DNA from: Nitrospirota bacterium
Lineage (GTDB): Bacteria; Nitrospirota; Nitrospiria; Nitrospirales; Nitrospiraceae
Direction: 5' to 3'
Assembly: GCA_963703955.1 (NCBI GenBank)
Contig: CAVPGK010000015.1
Coordinates: 64,001-128,000, forward strand
DNA length: 64,000 nucleotides
Positions 43,070 through 52,413 of this stretch are shown here, in pieces. Below the pieces are notes generated by a model. The model searched no databases. It had not been told where the DNA came from and was given only the letters and a program-made list of their open reading frames with translations. Within the stretch, counting starts at the first letter, position 1. Every line of letters starts with the position of its first letter. Made by a program: the position numbers and the translations under genes.

Positions 43070-45918
43070 GATGCCGAAGGCGAGACCTTGGCGCGTGAGG
43101 CCGCGTCAGCCGCAAAGGACTCGTTCACCAGTTCCGCCACATGCTTGACACCGACCTTTCCACGCAAACCGTTTTTTAGCTGGATCATGCATGCGGGACA
43201 GCTCGTAGCGACTACGTCCGCGCCACTTTCCTCGATCGCCCGCAGCTTGCGTCTAAAGATTTTCTGAGCGGTCTCGTAATCCTTGAGGATGTAAGTACCC
43301 GCGCCACCTGCGCATCGATCAGCGTCCTGCATCTCCACAAACTCCACTCCGGGAAGATGCGAGAGCGCCTGGCGCGGCGCTTTCGTCACACCTGCCGCGC
43401 GAAGATGGCAGGACGAGTGGTAGGTTACTTTGCGGGCGGCAGACGGGCCCCCCCCTCCCCCGATCAACGGAGAACCTCCCGCTTCCGCAACCACCTCTGA
43501 AATATGCTTCACACGACGTGCGAGGCGATCAGCCGCTTCACGCTCGGGTTCTCCCTCGAATAATTTCGGATAATCCTTGAGCATTAGCGTGCAGGATGCA
43601 CATCCGGTCACGACCGTCTCATAAGGCTCGAAGGCTGCAAGGTTGACCCGAGCCCCATTTTTTACAAGATCAACGTGGCCGTAGGTTTGAATGGGGGTTC
43701 CCGAACAACGCTGTTCTGGCAGCGCGGGCTGGATCCCAAGCTTTCGCAGTACGGCAATGACCGCGTCTCCGACACCATCATTCAAATAGTTCGCAGCACA
43801 GCCGTGAAAATACGCCACTCCCTTCTGATCCGACTTTGGCTGCCGAACCAGCTCCGGATAACGGTCGCGCAGGTGCTTGACTGCCAGCCTCGGCAAAACC
43901 ATCTCTCGGGGAATCCTGGCGGTCTCGGCAATCCGGCGCATGAGCGGGCGCGTGAGCCATTCCAACGCGGCCCGGGGTCGCGGTCGGTCCCACAGTCCCT
44001 GAGTCAAAGCGGCAATCTTGAGAAACGGCTCGAACAGCCGGCGTCGCGCCTGAAAGGAAAAAATCAAACCGGCCATCCGATTGGGGTGTTCTGCGCGGCG
44101 TTTGAGAATCAGCTCAGAGACATCCACATCGGCCGGGCAAACCGCTCGACAGGACTTGCAATTCAAGCAGGCTTCCACGACGCGCTTAGAATTGAGATAG
44201 CTGTAATCCTTGGCTGTGACGATCTCATACCATCCCCGCGAACTCATGTCCTCCGATTGAAAGACATCATACACCGGACAAACCGAATTGCATTTCCCAC
44301 ACGTCGCACAGTCCTTTGCCAATCGCGTATAGTCGATGTGCTCGCTAAAGGGTGTGTCGCTGATCTTCACCCCAGGATTCATGACCCCGCTCGGATCAAG
44401 GGCCCGCTTGACCTCCGTGAACAATCCATAGAGTTCGTCCCCAAACATACGACGCACGTACTGCGCGCGCACACGCCCGTCACCGTGCTCCCCACAAATC
44501 GACCCTCCGAAGCGAGTCAGCACGGTTTGGTGAATGGCATGGTAACCCTCGATCATCCTCGCAAAGTCATCTGGATCATTTACATCCAACAACGGGACGA
44601 TATGCGCATTCCCGTTTCCAATGTGGCCGAAGATCGCAACAGGAATGCGCTGGCCTTTGAAGAAGCCCTCCAGAAATCGAATCAACTCGCTGATTTGCTC
44701 GGCGCGCACCACAACGTCATCCACATAATTGATGGGCTTCTTGTTATGGCCATATCGATACAGCGTTGGATACAGAGCTTTGCGTGCCTTCCACAAGAGG
44801 TCACGCTGCTCTTGATCGAATGCCAGCATCGGATCCGAGGACAGACGATATCGCCGGCACAGATCGGTCAGTCGAGCGGCCTGATCCATTGAAGGTCGGA
44901 TTTCTGGCGAACCGCTGTCGTCAAACTCTGCCAGCAGTGTGGCGGCCGCGTCGTACGGAATGCCGTGGCGTTCGCGCCCGATCAGGTTCAGCGTGTTAGC
45001 GTCCATGATCTCAAGCGCACTCGGGTTCAACGATAACAGCCGGGACACGGCCTCACCGATGTCCTCGAGGTATTGAAAATGAATGAGCGCTGTGGTCGTC
45101 GATTTCGGGCGATCGACGAGGCGGAGTCTGGCCTCACTAATGACCCCGAGGGTTCCTTCACTGCCGACAAACAGCTTCGGGAGATCGAACTTGTTTCGGT
45201 CCAAGCCATCCACCAATCCGAACAGGTTATACCCGCAACTGTTCTTGGTCACCGTGGGCCGTTTTGCTCGAATCACCCCAGACCGCTCGTGCACCATCCT
45301 GAGCACACGCTGGAGCGGGGGATGTGCGGACAGCACTCGCTCAAGATGTGGGTCCGCCAGATCATAGTCCCGTGCATCCAACCAACCACCCGCCTGTACA
45401 TACACCTTCAGCGCAAGCGCATTGTCTTTCACGGAACCGTATCGAAGGGTATGAGGACCCGAAGAATTATTCGCCAGCATGCCTCCCAGTTTACACATAT
45501 CCCCGCTGGAGGGATCAGGACCAAACATGAGGCCATGCCCTGCCAGTCGCCGGTTCAACTCCGCAAAGACAATACCCGGTTGCACGCGGACCCACTTGTC
45601 CTCCCGGTTCAGTTCGAGAATGCGATTCAGGCGTGAAATGTCCAGAATAACGCCGAAACCGATGGCAGAACCCGTCAAATTAGTCCCAGCAGCCCGAGGC
45701 GTCACCGGCATACCGGTTCGGACCGCGTAGTCAATGACCCGTTGTATGTCGTCATCAGTCTCTGCTAGGACAATGACCTTGGGAACGATCTTGTAGATAC
45801 TCGCGTCCACCGCATAGGCGGTCAGGGAAGACACATCATCCCGGACCTTTTCCCTGCCGATCAGATGTCGGAGATCTTCCGCAATAGGGCGCTTCTTGTC
45901 CGGCAGGATGAGTGACAT
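43066..45918 (-). CDS. FAD-linked oxidoreductase with 4Fe-4S and CCG domains (D-lactate/glycolate dehydrogenase-like fusion)
   Basis: YAVDAS, PDPSS..C.LGGM..NNSSG, GSEGTLG, GEHGDGR, CATCGKCNSVCP, CLNCKSCRAVCP, YFHGC, YHSSCH. Confidence 0.9.
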   Translation of the reverse strand: MSLILPDKKRPIAEDLRHLIGREKVRDDVSSLTAYAVDASIYKIVPKVIVLAETDDDIQRVIDYAVRTGMPVTPRAAGTNLTGSAIGFGVILDISRLNRILELNREDKWVRVQPGIVFAELNRRLAGHGLMFGPDPSSGDMCKLGGMLANNSSGPHTLRYGSVKDNALALKVYVQAGGWLDARDYDLADPHLERVLSAHPPLQRVLRMVHERSGVIRAKRPTVTKNSCGYNLFGLVDGLDRNKFDLPKLFVGSEGTLGVISEARLRLVDRPKSTTTALIHFQYLEDIGEAVSRLLSLNPSALEIMDANTLNLIGRERHGIPYDAAATLLAEFDDSGSPEIRPSMDQAARLTDLCRRYRLSSDPMLAFDQEQRDLLWKARKALYPTLYRYGHNKKPINYVDDVVVRAEQISELIRFLEGFFKGQRIPVAIFGHIGNGNAHIVPLLDVNDPDDFARMIEGYHAIHQTVLTRFGGSICGEHGDGRVRAQYVRRMFGDELYGLFTEVKRALDPSGVMNPGVKISDTPFSEHIDYTRLAKDCATCGKCNSVCPVYDVFQSEDMSSRGWYEIVTAKDYSYLNSKRVVEACLNCKSCRAVCPADVDVSELILKRRAEHPNRMAGLIFSFQARRRLFEPFLKIAALTQGLWDRPRPRAALEWLTRPLMRRIAETARIPREMVLPRLAVKHLRDRYPELVRQPKSDQKGVAYFHGCAANYLNDGVGDAVIAVLRKLGIQPALPEQRCSGTPIQTYGHVDLVKNGARVNLAAFEPYETVVTGCASCTLMLKDYPKLFEGEPEREAADRLARRVKHISEVVAEAGGSPLIGGGGGPSAARKVTYHSSCHLRAAGVTKAPRQALSHLPGVEFVEMQDADRCAGGAGTYILKDYETAQKIFRRKLRAIEESGADVVATSCPACMIQLKNGLRGKVGVKHVAELVNESFAADAASRAKVSPSAS

Positions 45919-46011
45919 GAGACTGTGGTTCCGTCTGCGTGGTATTGTAGGCAGAGTGCCCCGCGGAGAACAAGGTCCGTCGACGCAGGCGAGGGGGAGG
46001 TCTCTGAAAGG

Positions 46012-46800
46012 TCAGGCTTGTTCGGCAGGCTCTGGAGTCATGGAATCGGAGAGGGAGAGATTCTCTCCCTCTGCAGCCTCGACGTCCCCGACGACCAGTA
46101 GGTCCTCTCCGACGGGCAGCATGGCCTGTTCGGCCTCACCCAATTCCTTGAATTCCCGCAATGGCGGTAGCTCCGAGAGATCACGCAAGCCGAAATGCTG
46201 AAGGAAGTACTTCGTCGTCCCGTACAGTATCGGCCGCCCGGGGACTTCCTTGCGCCCGATCATCCGAACCAGTTTGCGTTCCAACAATGTTCGAAGGACA
46301 CCGGATGTTTCGACCCCACGAATCTCTTCGATCTCCGCACGAACAATCGGCTGCTTATAGGCGATAATCGCCAGGGACTCTAGTCCGGACCGGGACAGCT
46401 TGGGTGCCGCTTTTGTCTTGCCTAGCTGTTTGATCCATGGGGCATGTTCAGGCCTCGTCACCAGTTGAAAACCGCCGGCGACCTCAATCACCTGAATCCC
46501 GCGCTGACTCTGATCACACTCCTGTTGAAGTCGGAGCAAGACCTGCCGCACCTCAGTCTTCGAGACGCACTCCAATGTCGCGGTCAGCCGGTCAAGGGTC
46601 ACGGGTTGATGGGACACAAAGAGTAGAGCCTCCAATACCGACTTCAACTCCCCGTCATCGAGAATTCTAGAACGATTGGCTCCGTCCACAGCAGCCGGAT
46701 GATCACCCGGCGTGTCATCGGCCATCTTATCATCTGCAAGCAGGGTCTCTTCCGCCTTGTTGTGGATCTGGTCGAGGTCAAGACGATCCGTTGTGGTCAT
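46012..46800 (-). CDS. scpB: SMC-Scp complex subunit ScpB
   Basis: LEALLF, EVAGGFQLVT, LESLAIIAYKQP, PGRPILYGTT..FL.HFGL. Confidence 0.95.
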   Translation of the reverse strand: MTTTDRLDLDQIHNKAEETLLADDKMADDTPGDHPAAVDGANRSRILDDGELKSVLEALLFVSHQPVTLDRLTATLECVSKTEVRQVLLRLQQECDQSQRGIQVIEVAGGFQLVTRPEHAPWIKQLGKTKAAPKLSRSGLESLAIIAYKQPIVRAEIEEIRGVETSGVLRTLLERKLVRMIGRKEVPGRPILYGTTKYFLQHFGLRDLSELPPLREFKELGEAEQAMLPVGEDLLVVGDVEAAEGENLSLSDSMTPEPAEQA

Positions 46801-47594
46801 ATCCCCTCCCAACCGGATTCTTTGGTTACCGCGTCAAGCGCCTGCTCGCTGACGGGTGTAAGGGCGCGCGTGACCAGGATGGGCCCAAAGGCCAGCCCTT
46901 GGAATACCCGCACCAACTTGAGACGGGTCAATTCCAACAATGCCAGAAAAGTCACGATGATCAACAGTCGATGTCCCTGATTCTCAAACAGCGACGCAAA
47001 AGTCACCGATTCTTTCCCGTCCAGCATTTTTAGAACGACATTCATGCGGTCCCTTACAGTCAGATTCTCAGCGGGGATTTCCATAAGACGCGTATGATGA
47101 GGTGTCCTTGCAAGGATGGCGTGCAGCGAATCGACCAGATCGAACAGCGTGACATCTTCGATCAACGACTCGTGTGAGTGGACCGTAACGGGAACCGCCT
47201 GTTCCCGATAGAACACCTCACGCCATAACCGCTCGCGCTCGTCGAGACGACACGCGGCTTCCTTGTATTGCTTATACTCCAACAGGCGACGGACCAAGTC
47301 CCCGCGAGGATCGGGCCCATCATCCTCATCGGTGTCCGTCTCATCGGTGGGGAGCAACATCCGCGACTTGATTTGCACGAGCGTGGCCGCCATGACGAGG
47401 AAATCACCGGCAACGGCCAGGTTCAGAGAAGTCATCAGGCCCAGATACTCAAGATATTGTTGGGTGATGAGCGCAATAGGAATGTCGTAAATGTTGATTT
47501 CATTTTTCTTGATGAGATGAAGCAGCAGATCTAGCGGTCCTTCGAACGTGTCGAGCCGCACCTGGTAAGGAACGTCGATTTGATTCTCCTCCAC
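46797..47594 (-). CDS. scpA: Segregation/condensation protein A
   Basis: FEGPLDLLLHLI, FLVMAATLVQIKSRMLLP, LLEYKQYKEAA, FLALLEL. GTG start inferred. Confidence 0.95.
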   Translation of the reverse strand: MEENQIDVPYQVRLDTFEGPLDLLLHLIKKNEINIYDIPIALITQQYLEYLGLMTSLNLAVAGDFLVMAATLVQIKSRMLLPTDETDTDEDDGPDPRGDLVRRLLEYKQYKEAACRLDERERLWREVFYREQAVPVTVHSHESLIEDVTLFDLVDSLHAILARTPHHTRLMEIPAENLTVRDRMNVVLKMLDGKESVTFASLFENQGHRLLIIVTFLALLELTRLKLVRVFQGLAFGPILVTRALTPVSEQALDAVTKESGWEGI

Positions 47595-47692
47595 TGTCTT
47601 CTCCGTGATGATAGGGAGCGTTATACCATCATTGGTGGATAAGGGCAAGCCGAATTCTATATATTGTGGCGTTCGCTGTCGGATGTCCGGCA

Positions 47693-48780
47693 TCAACGTT
47701 TCTTGAGAACCAGGACGAAGATGACCGTGACAACGCCAAGGTCGCGCCGATCCCATAGAGAAGCCGGGGGTCCTGGAGGCTGCCCCGCTTTGGAGGGTCA
47801 CTCGTCATCTTTGTACGGGTGAAGTTCGGCTCAAGGTTAAAAAAGACCTTGCTGAAGTCATGAAGTCCTTTGAACTGGGCATCAGAAAAATCCGCCTGCC
47901 CTCTAAAGGTTGATCGACGGAAGTACGCATCCTTTTCAAAAATAGTGAAGAGGAAAAAAATCTCCCGTTCGAACAGCGCCTCCGAAAAATCCAGATCACC
48001 GCCGAAACGACTTCCGGAAAACCCGGTTCCCATTTTGAAATACGTCCGTGAAAAACTGGCATCCTTTTCGAAGGAAACTTCCAGAAGTTCGGCCAAACCG
48101 TTAAAACCGGCTCGCACGAACGTCGCGCTTTCCCCGAACACCGCGCGATGAAACCGCGTATGATTTCCGAAGGCCGTTCGTTCAAAACGGGCGGGCTGAT
48201 CGAAGATGGCCTGGATGAAGTATCCTTCTCGCAAGAACACGGCGTCGGAGAAATCAGCGGCACCGGAGAAGACGGTGCGGGAGAAATCCACCGGCCGCTC
48301 GAACGTGGTCCCGATCATAGTGATGGGTTTCTTCGCGAGTATCAATCCGTCCTTCAATCGTGTACTGACCACACCACGGACTACCGAATCCTTGATGGAG
48401 ATCGATCCGGGAATCTGCCGCAGTTCCGTGAGCTGGCGGGCACGAATGGCCTGCTGCACTCTCTCAGACGGCAGAGCCTCGAAGTCCACCGGTCTGAGAG
48501 GCAATTGATCCAAAAAAAGATCGTCCTCTATGACGACGCCGACCAGATCCAAGCTTCGTCCGTTTTTCAAGACGTCCAGAATTTCATGAGCCAAGATGGG
48601 ATGTGCTCGACGGTCTTCTTCGGCACAATCCTTTCCGAGGCGCCGCACAAAAGAGTCGTCGCTGGTCGTACTTTCCATTGAACAGAAAGCCAGGGCCGCT
48701 GAGAACCGCAGGATGCAGCCCTCCACAAGAACACCAAACCCCACAATCGAAGCAAAGACGACCGTGGAAAGAAATCTCAT
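47693..48780 (-). CDS. Exported pentapeptide-repeat protein with C-terminal membrane anchor (one base missing near 47730)
   Basis: Signal-like N-terminus and many F-x-x-x-x-F repeats. Restoring one T gives ...ATLAL(F)TVIFVLVLKKR* ending at 47693. Confidence 0.8.
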
Positions 48781-48889
48781 GCCGGCACGTTAAAGAAGGC
48801 CTGTGAAAAATGCAAGCAGCGACAGGCGTTTGCCGAAACCGAATCTCTCACCTAGACTAGTGTAGGTCACATTCTTAGCGGGATTCCAG

Positions 48890-49549
48890 ATGGGACAACT
48901 CTCTCCCTCGCGCATTGGTATCGCAGCCGGACTCCTGGCGTTCTCCTTCGTCTTGATGAGTACCGTACGCATCGCCCAGGCCGATAACATTGTGGAGGTG
49001 CCCGTCCTCGCCACCATTCGTGCCAATGAAGGCGGGGTGTTCCATGTGGTGGTGATGAACTGGGACAAACAAACGGCCCCGGACCCCTTGCAGCTGGTGT
49101 GGGGTAATAGCAGGGTACGAGTCAAAGGTGTCGGACTCGGATCACTGGAAGCCGCATTGACCTACGCGTTGAGTCGTCTCTCAGCCAGACCGACCGGGAC
49201 CCTGTCGTTGTATGGCGCGTCCTATATCCCGATCAGTAGCGATGGCCCAAGCGCCGGAGCCGCGATGGCAATCGGATTCTTGGCTGTCTTGAGGGGCGAG
49301 CCAATAACTCGGGGAGTGGCGATGACGGGCACGCTCCAGCCCGATGGGCGCATCGGGCCTGTCAGCGGGATTCCGGATAAGATTCGGGCTGCGGCTCGTG
49401 AAGGGTATCGAACGGTGCTCATCCCTGGGGGGCAGTTGACCGATCCTCGATGGAATCTTCCTGGGTTGGCTTTGGAACTCAATCTAACGGTGAAAGAAGT
49501 GGACACCATCGATGAAGCTTACGAGATGATCACGGGACGCAAGCTATGA
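48890..49549 (+). CDS. Stand-alone Lon protease (S16) proteolytic domain with signal peptide
   Basis: SDGPSAG (Ser), AMTGTLQPDGRIGPVSGIPDKIRAA (Lys); signal ending AQA; no AAA+ module. Confidence 0.88.
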   Translation: MGQLSPSRIGIAAGLLAFSFVLMSTVRIAQADNIVEVPVLATIRANEGGVFHVVVMNWDKQTAPDPLQLVWGNSRVRVKGVGLGSLEAALTYALSRLSARPTGTLSLYGASYIPISSDGPSAGAAMAIGFLAVLRGEPITRGVAMTGTLQPDGRIGPVSGIPDKIRAAAREGYRTVLIPGGQLTDPRWNLPGLALELNLTVKEVDTIDEAYEMITGRKL

Positions 49550-50017
49550 TCTACGCGCGTTAGAGCTTGATTTGGTAAGCTCCTTGACAAGAGCCTGATA
49601 CTGCTCCTCCGTGAGGCGATGCATACCGAGGTTGAGACGCCGCGTGAGTTCCGCGTGATCGGGTACCTCGAGAATCTTCTGCAAAAGGGCCATAGTTTCC
49701 GTCGGTGACGACGATCCCCATCGTCGTCCGACCTTGATCCGCACGAATCCGTAACGAGCCTCGCCATGGAGATCCTCTCGCAAAAAAGGATCGAGATCCT
49801 GAAACGGTCTGATACCGGACATCACCGTAAACTGAGCGCAGATCCCTACCTTTAAAACGTACACCAGGCCGCATGACTGATCCATCAAATATTGTTTCAG
49901 GTTGTCCCTGATTAATTGGGTGCGTAGACCCCAGACTTCATGACCGAGCTGAAGTTCTGCGCTCTCCAGAGAATCGCGCTCCCGCAGGGCTCCTGCAACG
50001 AAAAGGAAATGGCTCAT
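49544..50017 (-). CDS. Hypothetical protein, EVE/PUA-like pattern
   Basis: beta-rich pattern VWGL..., LVYV, C-terminal GMHRLTEEQY resembles EVE domains (inference). Confidence 0.65.
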   Translation of the reverse strand: MSHFLFVAGALRERDSLESAELQLGHEVWGLRTQLIRDNLKQYLMDQSCGLVYVLKVGICAQFTVMSGIRPFQDLDPFLREDLHGEARYGFVRIKVGRRWGSSSPTETMALLQKILEVPDHAELTRRLNLGMHRLTEEQYQALVKELTKSSSNARRS

Positions 50018-50143
50018 GTGCCTAGTAAGAAGGGTGGAACCTATCCAGGGAAGGGAAGGCTCCAAGGATTGCCTTGGGCTCGTTCTTGGAGCCTTCAATA
50101 AGTCTGTGCTCATCTCATCATAGACGTACGCAACTCAAGACAG

Positions 50144-50593
50144 CTAGGACCTCGAATATTCGTCATCGCTGGAAACATCATCCGGCTTATCAAGGAAGTC
50201 TGACTCATTCTCGTCGTCCTCTTCCATGGAGACCTCATCGGTCAGATCGTCGTCCACGTCCTCCGTCTCAGCGAGATCTTGCATTCGTTCTTCTCGATTC
50301 ATCTCTGTCTCTTCCCTATCTGGTTCTGTACGTTCAGGGCGGGGGCGACGCTGAGGTTTAGCGGTTGATTTCTCCGGCTTTGGACTGACTATGGACTTCG
50401 CGCGTGTTGGAGAAGCTCCACGACGTGCGGCTGCTTTCTTCGATTTTTTCGCGGCGGCTTTTTTCTTTTTCGCAACCGGCTTGCGTCGAGCCGTCTTCTT
50501 GGTCATCTTTTTTCTCTGCTTTTTCATTTTCGTCTTTCGCCCGGACGCTGACCGCACTGCCCGCTTCGTCGGCTTTTTCCGTTTCTTTGCCAT
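50144..50593 (-). CDS. Low-complexity protein with Lys/Ala-rich histone H1-like N-terminus and Asp/Glu-rich C-terminus
   Basis: GAGGAGG RBS; MAKKRKKP...KKKKAAAKKSKKAAA, then EDVDDDLTDEVSMEEDDENE. Confidence 0.8.
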   Translation of the reverse strand: MAKKRKKPTKRAVRSASGRKTKMKKQRKKMTKKTARRKPVAKKKKAAAKKSKKAAARRGASPTRAKSIVSPKPEKSTAKPQRRPRPERTEPDREETEMNREERMQDLAETEDVDDDLTDEVSMEEDDENESDFLDKPDDVSSDDEYSRS

Positions 50594-50718
50594 CGTCCGC
50601 CCCCTCCTCTGCAGTGACTGATTAAGCTGCCAACTAGTGGCATCCATCTAGCACGAATCGCTCTTGCCTTGCAACCCGCGCTGGACCGAATTATTTCCGC
50701 GCCACTACCGCTCAATGA

Positions 50719-51690
50719 CTAGGGATCGACCCACACATTCGTAAAGGAGGGAGCACTATCAGCTCCTTTGACGGTGTCCGGCCCTTTCAGGTCCGTAACA
50801 CGCAGGCAGAAGCGAAACAGCCGCCTGGCTGACACTTTGGGCGCGACAAAGGTGGCATTGGGAGCATCCGCGTCAAGCAAGGATATTTTGTTGCCTCTCA
50901 CCTGTTTCCACTCATACCGTAAGGGGTCTCCGTCTGGGTCGGTACTCCGAAGCCCGTTCAAGACCACCTTGCTCTCCCCCTTGACCGTCTGATCCGATCC
51001 CGCGTCGGCAATTGGAGGGCGATTGTGTTCGCCATCCGTCTTCACCACTACGTCCAGTGTTCCCTGTTGACCTCGATTGGCCACCACAATCGTGGCGACC
51101 CCGTTGCCGACCACTTGTAGCGCCCCCTCCGGCGAGATCGTGACCACGTGTTCATTCGAACTGTGATAGGTACTGCCCGTGGCCGTTCCCTGAATGGGCC
51201 GAGTGATGCCATCCGCAAACAGCCCGACGACTGGAAGATCCATGGTCTTCCAGAGTGTATCCAGCCTCAAGGGTTTTTCTGTCTCAAATTCAATCCTGGA
51301 GAGGTCAATGGGCGGTTCTACGTAGACGACTATCTCGTCGAATTCTTCGCGTCCCGTCAAACGTCCCCTGACCACCTCCCCGATGACCAGAAGACGCATC
51401 GCTCCGAGCCCCCCCATAGGCACTTTCAGCGTGCCTCCGTAGGGAGGCGTAGCATCGCCCGTGGAGACAAGCACCGGAGACGCCAGTTGCGTCACCATCG
51501 GCTCCTCCCCCAGGCGATACCAGTAATACCGCACGCGGCCGACAGCAATATCTGTTCCAAGATCGACCGATGCCGTTATCTCTTGACCAGGCTGTAAGAT
51601 CGCGTGTTCAACAGGTGCCGTCACCTTAAACGCAATCGCTTCGGACGTACATACGATCAATAGAATAAGGACCACCAGCACCCTTCGCAA
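50719..51690 (-). CDS. Exported protein with Ig-like and PKD-like domains
   Basis: Signal ending AIA; YHSSNEHVVTI...GNGVATI (Big-like); NRPPIADAGSDQTV...STDPDGDPLRYEWKQ (PKD-like). Confidence 0.82.
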   Translation of the reverse strand: MRRVLVVLILLIVCTSEAIAFKVTAPVEHAILQPGQEITASVDLGTDIAVGRVRYYWYRLGEEPMVTQLASPVLVSTGDATPPYGGTLKVPMGGLGAMRLLVIGEVVRGRLTGREEFDEIVVYVEPPIDLSRIEFETEKPLRLDTLWKTMDLPVVGLFADGITRPIQGTATGSTYHSSNEHVVTISPEGALQVVGNGVATIVVANRGQQGTLDVVVKTDGEHNRPPIADAGSDQTVKGESKVVLNGLRSTDPDGDPLRYEWKQVRGNKISLLDADAPNATFVAPKVSARRLFRFCLRVTDLKGPDTVKGADSAPSFTNVWVDP

Positions 51691-51883
51691 CCCATTCCTC
51701 CGTAGCGGTTCACCGGGTGATCATCCACAATTTCCATTGAAAAGACAATGCCAAACGCGCAGGCTGCAAGCACTGGGAATAACCTCGCAGTCTTCGGTAT
51801 AATAGTACATCTGCGACACATGAATCCTTTTTATTGGTTAGGTCTCAAAGCTAGTGCGGAGGGCATTGAAAACAGGGGTAACC

Positions 51884-52255
51884 ATGAGGCGACCTGAGTT
51901 GATCATGGCAGTTTGCCTATTGTCGTGGGGAGCGGGAGCCACTCACGCTACCCCGCCACAGTTCCAAATCATCATCGAAAGCGGCTCACCGTATTACCTG
52001 CCGGCTTCAGCCAAAGTTCCGGCAGACGCTTCGATACGATGGGACAACCCGACAGGTTCGCCGCACACCATTACCCATGATGCCTGCGTTGAGGAGGGGC
52101 CCTGTATGTTTGACTCGGGGGCAATTCCTCCAGGTGGTAGCTACGTGATTCCTAGCCTCCCTCCGGGGCGCTATCCTTACCAGTGCCGTCTCCATCCCAT
52201 CATGCGAGGGATGTTGACGGTGGCTGACCCGGCTACCTCGCCCTCACAAACCTAA
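51884..52255 (+). CDS. Periplasmic type-1 copper protein (amicyanin/plastocyanin-like cupredoxin)
   Basis: Signal ending THA; PHTIT and PGRYPYQCRLHPIMRG (His; Cys-x2-His-x2-Met). Confidence 0.88.
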   Translation: MRRPELIMAVCLLSWGAGATHATPPQFQIIIESGSPYYLPASAKVPADASIRWDNPTGSPHTITHDACVEEGPCMFDSGAIPPGGSYVIPSLPPGRYPYQCRLHPIMRGMLTVADPATSPSQT

Positions 52256-52413
52256 CGAGACGCCTGGACAAACCCTTCCATTACTGCGACCTCCTTCCAG
52301 AACACTGGAATCGAGCTTCGCTGCGCGCTCTTGCCTCCGTCTGGGTCCTTCGTGTACCCTGCCCAAAATCGACTCGCGGTCTGCGCTCACACGCCGATAC
52401 TCACAAGAAAAAC

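Noticed and set aside
43675..44892. 405-aa plus-strand ORF
   Set aside because: Antisense to the FAD oxidoreductase, no motifs.
47595..47801. Extended scpA N-terminus
   Set aside because: Overlaps the pentapeptide gene; ScpA similarity begins near YQVRLDTFEGP.
51740..51756. sigma54-like TTGGCATTGTCTTTTCA upstream of the PKD gene
   Set aside because: The -12 element reads TTTC rather than TTGC; too weak to call.
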